A DNA stretch of 62,599 nt, counting the filler, from Rhabdomonas costata (taxonomy: Eukaryota), in assembly GCA_019059605.1 (NCBI GenBank). It is 41 parts of 41 records of this genome, joined end to end, with 100 filler letters (N's around TTAATTAATTAA, not from the genome) between each part and the next. Parts side by side here need not be neighbours in the genome. Positions count along the whole stretch, not along the records: positions 1 to 1,430 come from JAHMHO010016154.1; positions 1,531 to 2,960 come from JAHMHO010016155.1; positions 3,061 to 4,490 come from JAHMHO010016156.1; positions 4,591 to 6,020 come from JAHMHO010016157.1; positions 6,121 to 7,549 come from JAHMHO010016158.1; positions 7,650 to 9,078 come from JAHMHO010016159.1; positions 9,179 to 10,608 come from JAHMHO010016160.1; 34 more parts are not named here. One strand, 5' to 3'. Under the pieces are notes generated by a model. The model had not been told where the DNA came from, ran no database searches, and saw only the letters and a program-made list of their open reading frames with translations. Shown piece by piece: positions 1 to 10,495 of the stretch. Positions within the stretch are counted from its first letter, which is position 1. Each line of letters opens with the position of its first letter. The position numbers and the translations under genes were made by a program.

Positions 1-1430
1 TTTTTTTTCCCCCCCCCCCCCCCCCCCCATCCTTTGGTAGTGAAGCCTAAACCAAAAGGGCTGGCACCGTGTCTTCTCTGTTGTTGTACATATCTCCCCA
101 CCATTTGTTTTCTGTGGGCCTGCGGCGCACCTCTTCAACCATACACACGGCCACAAACCCAGGAATTCGTCAGGCCTCTCTGACGAAGGGGGAAAAGTCA
201 GGGGTGTTGGTATAAAAGCGGCTCTCTGTGGTTTTTGTTTTTAGAAAAATGTTCTGCCCAGGCCCGCAGGTGCAGGCATCTCTGGTACGGGGTCTCCCTT
301 CTGGCGAATGGGTTTTGGGGCTCCTGATTGGCGATGTGAAACGGGCTTCGACTGCCCATGCAGCCGAGAGCTCCTTCACACTCCCCGTGTGTAGCCCTGC
401 CAATCAACTTGTTGACAATGTACACTTGTGTACTTTTTGTAGTCTTGAATGGCAGTCGGGAGGCCACGGGAATTTTGATCGTGACGTTTGCCTTCCACGA
501 TCCTCCATTTTCAACCATAATCGTCACCGAACATCTGATGCAGTTTCCTTTATGTCAGACTCAGTGCCTGGCCTTGTCCCCATATCTTGGTGGTGCTCCG
601 GTTGCGCTGACAGACTTGACCCTCTTCAGACTTGACTTTTCAGGGATGCAGTATTGCATTTGATTTTGGCAGGGCTAAGAAGTGATTAGAGGTGAGTTCT
701 GACGCGATACTCTGTGATGTTGTGTCAGGGGGTGATGCCAAGGGTGGCTTTTGTAGGCTTTCGTACTTTTTGCTAGTCCTGTCCTTTGAGCTTGACTGCG
801 TAACGCTCTTGCGTACGCCCTACTGCTGCGAGTGCGTGGGTTGCACCCTTCCTCTTCGAATCTCTGCACGCCAATGGGTGAGGTCGCCCTCTTTGAGCTG
901 GCTCGGGATGCCCTTCTTCTTGGCGTTGGCGGGGCGGCAGCAATCTCTGCCCTCCCACTATTCTTCCACCGCTACGGTCTCGCTGTGATGCTGTCCCTGC
1001 CCACCGCATGGGTACGGTGGGGAATATCTTTTCTTCCAGACCAAGTTTTGGTTGAAGTGCTGAAGCTGGCATTGCGCTACACCTTTCTTCTCTATGGCTA
1101 AATAACGTTGCCTGAGCATGTAACGAGTGCAAACTCTCGTATTTCTGAGCACCCCCCTCCCCGTGATGAAGATCCTAATCTCGCCCTGCGAATGAATTCA
1201 GGCGTTGCGTGGTCGTCGTTGACCAATGATTTCATCCTGGTATATTTAATGTACATGGGGAAATTTGTCTTTTTTCTGCCATCGTCGTGGTTGACGATGT
1301 TGATCCGAACTCTGCTGAACCCCGAGAAGGGAGTGCAGTTGGGCCCAGCACCCTTGAAGCCCTTGTGCCTCCTACTTCCTAGGCGTTTGCCCACACCCAA
1401 AAGCACACAGCATTCCCACAACCCCACCAG

Positions 1431-1530
1431 NNNNNNNNNNNNNNNNNNNNNNNNNNNNNNNNNNNNNNNNNNNNTTAATTAATTAANNNNNNNNNNNNNN
1501 NNNNNNNNNNNNNNNNNNNNNNNNNNNNNN
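1431..1530. other. Artificial contig spacer (first of 40 such spacers, recurring about every 1.53 kb)
   Basis: N-run + TTAATTAATTAA (stops in all six frames) + N-run, repeated throughout the window; the intervening contigs are nearly identical in length, as in a length-sorted concatenation. Confidence 0.98.
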
Positions 1531-1900
1531 GTGGGTTGTGGTCTGCTGCACCAACTGCATGGCATGCGTGTAGCACTGCTGGATGAGGTGCAGGTGATGC
1601 TCATCCAACACGTTGGGCAGCAATGCCGCCAACGTCGTGAGAAAGGGGGCAAAAGGCGGCGGCATCCCTGGTTCAGCAGCCATCTGTGTCAGGGCGTCGG
1701 TGGTGGCGTTCGATGTGTAAGGTGGCAGTGTCGCACGGGTTCTCGGGACCTCAGCGCTCGAGGGTCTCCACCTTCACGGAGAGGGAAGAGAGCTGCGACC
1801 CGAGCGCATGGATAGCCGCCAGAATGTCATGTGTGGAGGCTACCGGGGGATCCCTTCAATCCGTTTGGCTTTCGGTGGCGGTTCCACACGGCCAACTGGC
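1531..1900 (-). pseudogene. Decayed intronless ORF with a coiled-coil-like segment, possibly a retroelement ORF1/gag remnant
   Basis: Minus strand reads STHDILAAIHALGSQLSSLSVKVETLER*, then after a frame change AAEPGMPPPFAPFLTTLAALLPNVLDEHHLHLIQQCY. It has stops and frameshifts and no splice signals; family not recognised. Confidence 0.25.
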
Positions 1901-3300
1901 GAGATCATTGCGAAGGGTGTTAGTAGTAGGTGATGTCTCTAGATAAACGCAGAGAATACCAGGTGATGGGTGGGTGATGAGAGAAGGGGAGCGGAGTGGA
2001 ACAGAGAAGACCAGAGAGAGAGAAGAATTGATGGGACAAAAAAGGTGGGAAAGGAATATAGAAAGACTAGCAGTTGAGAAGACACGGTGATGCAGGAGAA
2101 ACTGCAGTTTGTGTTGTGGGGTTGCATAAATTACCTGCAATCAAATAAAATTGCTCAGCGGTTAAGAGCCAAATATTCTTCGCTATTTTGCGGAAAAATG
2201 ACCACTTATTAGAATTAACAGCTTTTTCAATATGCCTCAATAAACGTGAGCCTGTTTTAGTACGCTGATTTGTAAATGACCGTTGATGTTAGTGGCCTGC
2301 TAGTTCTGAAATGCATTAAAAACGTAGTTTAAAATTACGGAATAAAATTGTGCCAGAAGGTAATGATAGTTACACCAAAAAACTCATAGTCGTCAGACCC
2401 TACATAATTGCCATCGTCTTCAGCGGGATGGTTATATGGTCCCGCGACTCCACCTCTTTGCTTGCACCTTTACCACGTGAAGGTCTTGTTTTGTGTTGCT
2501 ACGCGCCTTAGGCGCAAAACTTTTAATTTTGCACCCAGCTTGAATGCTTCCACATCAAGTTTGCGGTTTGTGTGAATTTTGGTCCTTACACGTGTAGATT
2601 TTCTGCTTGAGAAGCACAAAACAGCTGAAAAGAATTGTTTGGTTCTGAGTTACGGTGTAATGCAACATATATCATTTGCTAATTATCATCAATTCCCTGG
2701 ACAATTACGCGGATAGTGAAAGAAGCCATTAGTTGCCACAGTTTTGTGCAACGGTATTGTATAGTTTGTCTTTTTTGAGCTTTGTTTCGTGGCGAAAATG
2801 CACGGTAGAGTTCTCTTTGTCTTGTATCAAATATAAAATTGCCACGTTGCTGTATTTACTGCAGTTAAGAAGTGGTTAGCGTGTTATACTGCATTGCACT
2901 AACCACTTCTTAACTGCAGTAAATACAGCAACGTGGCAATTTTATATTTGACACAACACCNNNNNNNNNNNNNNNNNNNNNNNNNNNNNNNNNNNNNNNN
3001 NNNNTTAATTAATTAANNNNNNNNNNNNNNNNNNNNNNNNNNNNNNNNNNNNNNNNNNNNGTTTGTGTTGACAGTGACCTCGTGCCCGTGCCATGTTTGT
3101 GCTCTTGCATCCTTTATCAAGCGCACTTTGCCGAGGCTTGGCGGACGCCCTGTAAATGGGGGGGCCATTCCTTTTTGTTTCTGTTGCCCAAACTCTCACA
3201 GTTTGGAAAGACTTGCGCATTGTTTTTTCTTCGTCTGTTGGTCTTTCGGTTGGTCTTTTCTTCGCCTGTTTGTCTGTCTTTCTGTCTGTTTGTCTCCCAG

Positions 3301-4166
3301 AGGTTCCCTTGGTTTGGGTGGACACTGCGGGGATGGGCTATGAGGAAGCCGAGCACGAGTCTGGCAGCCGCCTGAACGAGGCCGAAGCCGAGCTGGTGGT
3401 GCAGCACGTCGCCCGGCTTACCGCCGCGGGGGTGCCCGGGGAGGCGATTGGGGTGATCTCTCCGTACAGTGCACAGGTGCAGCACCTCAGCGCCAGGCTG
3501 GCCGCAATGGGGGCAGAGCAGGTCGAGGTCAGCACCGTGGATGGCTTTCAGGGTCGAGAGATGGAGGTGCCGCTCTGCCCCACTCCCCCGATATGCTTGG
3601 CGGAAAGGTGAGAACTCAGTCCAAGCCCAAAATATGATTGCAAAAAGGCCCCTTTTGAGCTGTCAGGCAGCGAAAAGGCGAGGTTTTTAAGCCACTATTT
3701 CGCTCTTGAGTCCGAAATCGTTATTTTTTATTTTGTGCAAAGTTCTCACGTTTGGGATGGCGCCGGGTCAAGGTCACAGCAAGGGGAGCATGGAGGGCAT
3801 CCCAGCGGTTTGTTCATTTTTAATGGGTTGAAGAGGTCGACTGAGAAAGGGGTGACTTGCCGGAAATGCGTGGAATGCTCCACTCAGGAAGGATGGTGGC
3901 AGCTTTTTTCTGGTTGCTTTGCGCCTTTTTTCTTTTCGGGGTAGGCCATTGTTATCTCCATGGTGCGGTCCAATTCGCGGCATGAGGTGGGCTTCTTGGC
4001 TGACCAGCGCAGGACCAATGTGGCATTCACCCGCGCCCGCCGTCACTTGTGCATCGTTGGGGACTCTGAGACTCTCACGCAGGAACCCTTTCTGAAGCGG
4101 CTGTTCAGCTACTGCGAAGCCCATGGAGAGATGCGGACTGCGTACGATTACCAGGCTGATGAGTAG
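3301..4166 (+). CDS. IGHMBP2: IGHMBP2/SMUBP-2 (Hcs1)-type SF1 Upf1-like helicase, last two exons
   Basis: Exons 3301-3566 and 3945-4166 joined by a GT..AG intron give VWVDTAG..N.AEAELVV.HV..L...IGVISPYSAQV...VSTVDGFQGREME|AIVISMVRSN..EVGFLADQRRTNVAFTRARRHLCIVGDS...HGEMRTAYDY. These are the SF1B C-terminal motifs with the IGHMBP2-type ending; stop TAG at 4164-4166. Confidence 0.9.
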
Positions 4167-4371
4167 TCGCATTGCATTTTGTGTTTCCTGTCTGAGAAAG
4201 GATTGAAGAGAGGTAGCTGGGGGCTTTTCCCATTGAAGGGCCAAGTATTGTTTTCGGTTTTCTCACATCAAACACAGTGAATTACGAGAGATGGACTCTG
4301 ATGTGGTTGCTTCAGAATGGTCAGGCCTCCCACATTGCTGCGCTCCGTGTTCGAGTTGGGAAATCATTAGC

Positions 4372-4442
4372 GTTACTGAGTGTAATCATTACTGGGTGTA
4401 ATCATTTTTTCGTGTAATCATTTTTTCGTTTTTCGTTTCTCG
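4372..4442 (+). repeat. Tandem nested array resembling euglenid spliced-leader (SL) exon relics
   Basis: CGTTACTGAGTGTAAT-CATTACTGGGTGTAATCATTTTTTCG-TGTAATCATTTTTTCG-TTTTTCG-TTTCTCG. It shares the CTGAGTGT core and A-T(n)-CG 3' end with the Euglena gracilis SL (ACTTTCTGAGTGTCTATTTTTTTTCG). The repeat is certain; SL identity is inferred. Confidence 0.6.
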
Positions 4443-4818
4443 CTCTACAATGGCATGAGAGCTTGAACCCTCCTCAGGCACACCCAAAAANNNNNNNNNN
4501 NNNNNNNNNNNNNNNNNNNNNNNNNNNNNNNNNNTTAATTAATTAANNNNNNNNNNNNNNNNNNNNNNNNNNNNNNNNNNNNNNNNNNNNGCACCCCTGC
4601 TTGATCGAAACCCTGTGAGCACTATTGCTTTCCTTGTCGTGTGACATTGTTGTGAAAAAAAAAGAGCCCGCAACTTGATGAGGGGTGTATCCGTAAGGTG
4701 GGTCATTGATGTGCAGCAGTGATTACCATTTTGTGGAGTTAGAGTGCATACATGTAGAGGCGTTCTTTTTGGCCAGAGTGTGACCATAGCATCGGTGTTG
4801 TCCCCCTTCTTCAGGGAC

Positions 4819-5988
4819 ATGACTCTATTCCAAATGAACAAGATGGTGTCTGACCTGCTGGCGTATCCGGAGGTGGACCTGGTGCACACCTTTCTCTCCC
4901 ATCTCATCGGGCTTTTCAACGCCATGCTCAGCCGCAGTGGCGACCTGTTGAACACCTTGCGCTCCCCAGAGATGCGGGTGCTGTGGGGCTTCTTGCAGCC
5001 TCTGAAAAAGCGTCTGGCCTTGGTCCCAGCGGCCGACCCCCACTCTCCCACCACAGCCACTGTGCTGATGTTCCTGGAAACCTGCGAGGCTTCTGTGGTG
5101 GAGAGGCGCGACCGGCGCTTGGCGGAACTGAAGAGGATGCCTCCCAGTGAAGATGTGGCAGAGGAAGTCGCCGAGATTCGGAAGGCCTTCAGCGACATGA
5201 AGAAGGTCGACGACTATGACCGCATCCTGGCCGACCTGCTTCGACTGAAGGGGAAGAGCCTGCCTTCCGTCTCGGTGAGGTTCAACTACCACGCTCAGGT
5301 CGCCCTGGACGTGTTCAAGGGCTACCCCAACATTCCGCGGTCGGAAGCTCTTGAGATCTTCAAGATGATCGCCTCGGTTGGGACCTGCGACAGGGCGGAT
5401 CCCGATGCAATGGAGCTTGTGCTGGACCCAGGATGCCAGGGACTTGTTCTGGTGCTTCGTCAGCTCACGTACCGCAAGTGTGACGAGGTGCGAATGACTC
5501 TCACGGCGACTCAGGTCACTCGGATCCTGTTCGGGTTCTTCGCAACCCAGGTTCTGGGCCCAAGGGGGTGCTACGAGCACACCCCCGACCACTGCCGCGT
5601 CCGTGCTCAGCTCTGGAGGCTTGTTACCTCCGCCTCGAGTGCTGCCATTCTCTCCAACCTCACCAACACTGCGGAAGAGGTCAACGTCAGCCCTGAGTGG
5701 ATTCGCATCCTGGCCACTCTTGCTAAGCTGAGGACGATTCGGGTCCCAACCGCCCGGGCTCCGGCTGACATGGCCCTTTGGGCTGAGTCAGAGGAAGCCC
5801 CAGGCTTTCTGGAGCTGAACGCTCAGCTTCTGCAGCTCATGGCGGACCGGGACACTGCCCTGCATGCGATGCGGCTAATTTCCGGGCTTGGTCCTCGCCG
5901 CATGGTTCGGGTCACTTCGAAGCATCCCATTCCCACCCCAAACTTCGCTGAGTTGATCGTGGTTCGAATGGAGAGGGAGCAGACTTGA
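4819..5988 (+). CDS. Hypothetical alpha-helical protein (about 389 aa), single long exon
   Basis: Long open frame with the same GC3-rich codon usage as the recognisable genes. Polypyrimidine-AG acceptor at 4801-4814 lies four nt before the ATG at 4819; stop TGA ends at 5988. No family recognised. Confidence 0.75.
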   Translation: MTLFQMNKMVSDLLAYPEVDLVHTFLSHLIGLFNAMLSRSGDLLNTLRSPEMRVLWGFLQPLKKRLALVPAADPHSPTTATVLMFLETCEASVVERRDRRLAELKRMPPSEDVAEEVAEIRKAFSDMKKVDDYDRILADLLRLKGKSLPSVSVRFNYHAQVALDVFKGYPNIPRSEALEIFKMIASVGTCDRADPDAMELVLDPGCQGLVLVLRQLTYRKCDEVRMTLTATQVTRILFGFFATQVLGPRGCYEHTPDHCRVRAQLWRLVTSASSAAILSNLTNTAEEVNVSPEWIRILATLAKLRTIRVPTARAPADMALWAESEEAPGFLELNAQLLQLMADRDTALHAMRLISGLGPRRMVRVTSKHPIPTPNFAELIVVRMEREQT

Positions 5989-6693
5989 CTAGAGTGGGGC
6001 GAAGAGGTCGTCCGGACCACNNNNNNNNNNNNNNNNNNNNNNNNNNNNNNNNNNNNNNNNNNNNTTAATTAATTAANNNNNNNNNNNNNNNNNNNNNNNN
6101 NNNNNNNNNNNNNNNNNNNNGTTTTTGTGTCCATTTCGGCGGACGAGTTGGACAGTATTAGTTTAGGGGTGAAGGCCAGCTTCGCCGCCGAAGTGGACCT
6201 AAAAAGCCAAGACCAGACCTCGACGCGACGGAGCGGCCGGCGGAAGAGGGGGTGCTCTGGGTGCCCTTTAACAACTTAAAAAATATATTTCAGTGGGCTT
6301 CAGTGTGGCTTCAAGAAAAATATTCGATCCCAGCCCTGGGACCCCCTGGGAATAGGGGACAAAATTTGTCTATTTTCACCTACTTTGCCTACGTTGGCTA
6401 ATTTTGAGCATTTTGTGGTCCTTTTGGGTCAAATTTTTACTCTTTTGGGGGCCTCCTGGAGACTTCACAAGCAAGCGAGGGAAAGCCATGGTGCAAGTAG
6501 ACAATTTCAGGAGTAGGACTATGCCTTAGGGTCAAAAGAGCCCTTGGGCAATGAGTGCAGAAAGTTTCGGAATTGTTTTCCTTTTTTTTGTCATGGAGAG
6601 GATCCTTCTTTCAAATTTTTTCATATTGAGTTTTTTCATATACCCTAGCTGAATCCAAAAAGCGCCGACGCCCACGCCCGCGCGCTCGCACAG

Positions 6694-7308
6694 AAGAGGC
6701 AAGGCGGCCGAATCTCTGCGGTGCTTCCGGGCCGCCCTTCGGGCGTGTCGATCCATCCGTGCCCCAGAAGCCTCGGCACAGCTCAATCTCTGTTCCAGTC
6801 TCGCGGTGTGAGAGGGTGCACCCTCTTCTTCATTGAGTCGCCTGTGGTTTGGCTGCAGTGCTGGGAGAGAGGAGTACGCTGTTTTGTGTGTGACCCTGTC
6901 ATGCCTTCTTTGCATGCAAAAGGAGCTGAAGAAATGGGACGACGCTGCTGATGCGGCCATTCGAGCTATTGCGGAAATCAGTCACTCTCTGAAAGAAGGT
7001 ATCTTTGTTCCCGCTGCTCTTCTCTTCTACCAGTCTGTCTTCAGTTGTTTTCTGTAGTTCTGTAGTTTCTGTAGCATAGGACTGTTTGTCCCCGTTCCCT
7101 TGGCATTGGTCTCGCTCTCAATGTATCGATCGATTGCCCCCTTGTGTCTTCTTCCCTTTTTTTTTTCACTTTATCGCATTATTTCTCTATGTCTCTGATC
7201 CATTTTCTAGAACCCGCCGCTGGTTCTTGGCATATGCATCGTCTGCTGGCTCTGGCTTGGTACTCCCTCGCGGTGGCGCAGTTCCACAACAAGGTACTTG
7301 CGAGTCTG
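6694..7308 (+). CDS. TPR-repeat protein fragment (3 exons)
   Basis: Exons 6694-6805, 6923-6998 and 7211-7293 or 7308 splice in frame through GT..AG to RGKAAESLRCFRAAL...AQLNLCSSLA|ELKKWDDAADAAIRAI...LLALAWYSLAVAQFH, a TPR helix pattern. Related to 34077-35081. Confidence 0.65.
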
Positions 7309-8116
7309 GTGAGTGCGTTTTTCCTGCCGTTTTTCCACCTCCCTCATTCTTCATTCACCTTTTTGTGTGTGGCACGTGCCAGCCCGACCGATCGATCGTG
7401 CGCCCATCTGCGCAACTGTTCCTGTGGACTCAGGTAGTTCTTGGCCGTTGTGTTGTTTCCATTCCCACCTTGAAAAACAAAAGTTTCCGGTTATACTCCG
7501 GCTATGCCCACCACCACCCCTCTACTCCGGCTAAGCCCACCACACAACCNNNNNNNNNNNNNNNNNNNNNNNNNNNNNNNNNNNNNNNNNNNNTTAATTA
7601 ATTAANNNNNNNNNNNNNNNNNNNNNNNNNNNNNNNNNNNNNNNNNNNNGTTTTGTGGGTGAGTGAAGATGTCTGACGAAATCAACCCATTTTTCCAATT
7701 TGTGTAAGGGGTGCGCTCAATGCGCTTGTGTTATTTCGGACTATTCAGAGGCAGGGAGATTTTTTGCGGCTCCCCGCCTGCCCGTGCGGTGTCTGTTTTA
7801 TATTTTTTTTCAGGTGTGTGGTGGTGACCTGAAAGGTACGGTGGCGAGAAAACCTGCGTGATGCGTGTAAATGGAATTTAGCATGCAATTACTCTCCAAA
7901 CCAGTGGCCCTCCTCTCGACCCTCGGCGACGCTCTGCACGAGTTTGGTTTCATGAATCTACACAAATAATTTTCTTTGTGCCTCTCCCTAAGCAGACCTT
8001 TTGGGAAGCGCGGACACCCCTTTCTCTGGACTGTCTGAACAGTCCAATCGTCATGGGGCCAGTTTGACCCAAACCCTGTGGAAGATCTTTGCCTTTTTAC
8101 TTGTGTTTTTCTCCAG

Positions 8117-8591
8117 CTCTCCAACCAGCGCTCTTCGACACTGATGCTCTCGGCGATGGTGGAGCAGGTCGGCTACAACGTTAACCTGCGCACCACGCAG
8201 GGCCATCAGCTCAACGCAGCACAGGTCACGGCTCGACTTGTGGACGACCTTTTCGAGGACGTCTCCGTGGACCGCATGATGACCCGGATGGGTACGTTGG
8301 CAAACACCCTCACCGAGGCCTGTGCGGTTGCCGGGGTGACCACCGCCAACGCCCCGCAGATCGTTGACCGATTCAACCAGAACCGCCTGTTGGAGGGCTA
8401 TGAGATGATTTTGGCGCAGAAGCCCTCGGGTCCCAACAGCACCTCCGCCGTGACCAGCACGCTGCGGTACTGCCCCTCTGGGAGGAGCTGCACTCTGAGC
8501 TCGGATCAGCAGAGGGCGATCCAACTGGCGTTCAGCTCGCAGTCGGGCAGCATGCAGGGGGTGTCGTACACTGGACTTCCGGCGTACACAG
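8117..8591 (+). CDS. Internal exon of a putative receptor with an extracellular Cache-like domain
   Basis: Clean AG..GT-bounded 475-nt exon with strong codon bias. It ends QRAIQLAFSSQSGSMQGVSYTGLPAYT, resembling the 'AL.G.SG....DY.G.PV..AY' Cache segment. Exon secure, domain tentative. Confidence 0.55.
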
Positions 8592-9276
8592 GTATGCCTC
8601 TTTGTGTAAATTGCAGCTTTTGCCGTGTTTTTCTGTGGGGGAGGGGAGGGTGTTAACGGTTTGACACCTAAAAACCCTATTTGACTATATGAAGGGGGCT
8701 CGACACCGGTGAAAATGCTTAGGTTTGACCACGTTACCATCGAGGATCTACCCCCAGAAAACCCACAAAGCGTCCCCGCCGCTTCTGCCGCTCCGTGGAG
8801 TGGCTTCCGCAGCCCTCCGCCTCTCAAATAATCCTTTCCTTCTTCCGGGCCAAAGCCCCGCATGAAATGAGTTTGCACCAACTGACAAAACTCGAAATAA
8901 AAGGGGCTTGAAGCGCACAATAATTCTGAAACTCGATGCTCCCTTTTCCGACTGGTCAATATATAGGCCAGCGTGGCGCAGGTCCCGATGGGACATTCTG
9001 CCATCAAGGTTTCGGACTCCATATTCACTGTATGGGGGGGGGGGGACGGGAACGGGAGAGGTTTTGTATTGCGAGAACNNNNNNNNNNNNNNNNNNNNNN
9101 NNNNNNNNNNNNNNNNNNNNNNTTAATTAATTAANNNNNNNNNNNNNNNNNNNNNNNNNNNNNNNNNNNNNNNNNNNNTTGTGGGTGGCGGAGCATTCTT
9201 TTTGCACCACTTGGGCTTGGAGTTGCATCCTTTTTTTTTTTTGCTTTTTATCGAGTATTTTTTGACGTGATTACAG

Positions 9277-10495
9277 GCGAGCTCGAGGAAGACTCCGACA
9301 ACAACGGGAACTTTTCCAGTGCTCTTCTGCTGGCGGAGTCTCTGAGGTGATACTGGGTCGGAAAGGGTGGACGGGATGGGTTCATGGAGAAGGCAGCAAG
9401 GTTGACGGAGGCACGGGACGGAGGCACCTCTCTCTCTCCCTTTTGCTTCACTTATCTTTTCTGATCTTTGCCAAACACTCCCCAGGTGTCAGAGACAGCT
9501 GCGCTCCGTGCCGGAGACAAGGAAGATCTGCCTGGCCCTAGGCGCCACTCACTGCAACCACAGCGGCCGCGTGTCCCTGCCCGCCGCGTTTTTCTTAAGT
9601 ACGTTGCATATTATCCCCAACACTAACCCACGCACAACTTTTTTCCCTGTGAGAATGGATCTTGTTCACATATGCACTGTCGTCCACTATGTGTGCGTTA
9701 AATTTTGTTACCAAAAGCGCAGCGGCAGGGAGTATGATAGGCCTCATTTCGATCCCCCCAATCCAATGAAAATGCACTCGCCTTTGTTTTGACCACATTA
9801 CATGAAACTGGCTTCAAAAAGATGCAACTCCAAGCCCAAGTGGTGCAAAAAGAATGCTCCGCCTCCAACCCCCGCTGTTAAATTCAGATTCACGATAGGG
9901 CGTGAGTGATATCGGTGTTCTCTTCGATATCTCGAAAAAATTCAGCGATGCCTTGAAGCAACAGTACACCTTCTTGTTCGTGTTTCACCCCACAAGAAGC
10001 AACGGGGGCAGAGCGAACCACCCCTCTGTCTGATTTGGTGTCGTACTGCGTGTGAGTCATCACACCACAAAGAAAAGAGTGTGTGCGTGTGTAATTGTGC
10101 GTATGTTTATGGGATATGGACGGGGGACTGGCGTCTGTGCTATTTTATAGATCTGTCGTTGGGGAACACACTGCGGCACCAAATGGTGCTGTCTCGCCTG
10201 TACTCCGCAAAGCTGCGCGGGGGAGATCGCGACCCGGCGAACTGCAGTGCGGAGATGGCAGCACAGGTTTTAACTGCAGGCAGAGGGTGGTGACTTGGGA
10301 CTTCGTGTTGCTCGCAGCCCCGCTAATTGTGCACACCCCTCGTTATTTGTCCCTGTCCACGGCAGTGGCGGTGCAGCCACTGTCTATGTGCACGGAAGTC
10401 GACGGCAAGACTACCACTAAGTGCTGTGGGGCTGGTTCAAAGCTCTACGGTAGCTCCAAGGTATTTGAAGCTGAGCCAGGCGCTGGCGAACTCTC
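9277..10495 (+). CDS. Hypothetical protein, about 4 short exons
   Basis: AG/GT-bounded GC-rich segments starting near 9277, 9486, 10151 and 10365. Phases not fully resolved; no family recognised. Confidence 0.35.

Noticed and set aside
175-205. Hammerhead-like CCTCT-CTGACGA...GAAA..TC-AGGGG
   Set aside because: Stem I can pair, but there is no stem II or stem III.
1475-1486. Regularly spaced TTAATTAATTAA palindromes (CRISPR-like periodicity)
   Set aside because: They sit inside N-runs and are synthetic six-frame-stop linkers.
2827-2951. Long perfect hairpins (also 15298-15406, 28854-28956, about 38243-38367, 44363-44454, and the inverted pair about 9188-9235/9818-9862)
   Set aside because: In every case one arm runs to the contig edge beside the G/T or A/C primer-like tail, as expected for fold-back chimeras from amplification. 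Not treated as biological without unamplified reads.
4303-4362. tRNA-like A-box/B-box spacing (GTTCGAG) upstream of the SL-like array
   Set aside because: No cloverleaf can be folded; at most a SINE-like trace.
4825-5592. Long antisense ORFs (also 8051-9028, 18839-19834, 26888-27391)
   Set aside because: They are shadows of GC3-rich coding sequence on the opposite strand and have no independent motifs.
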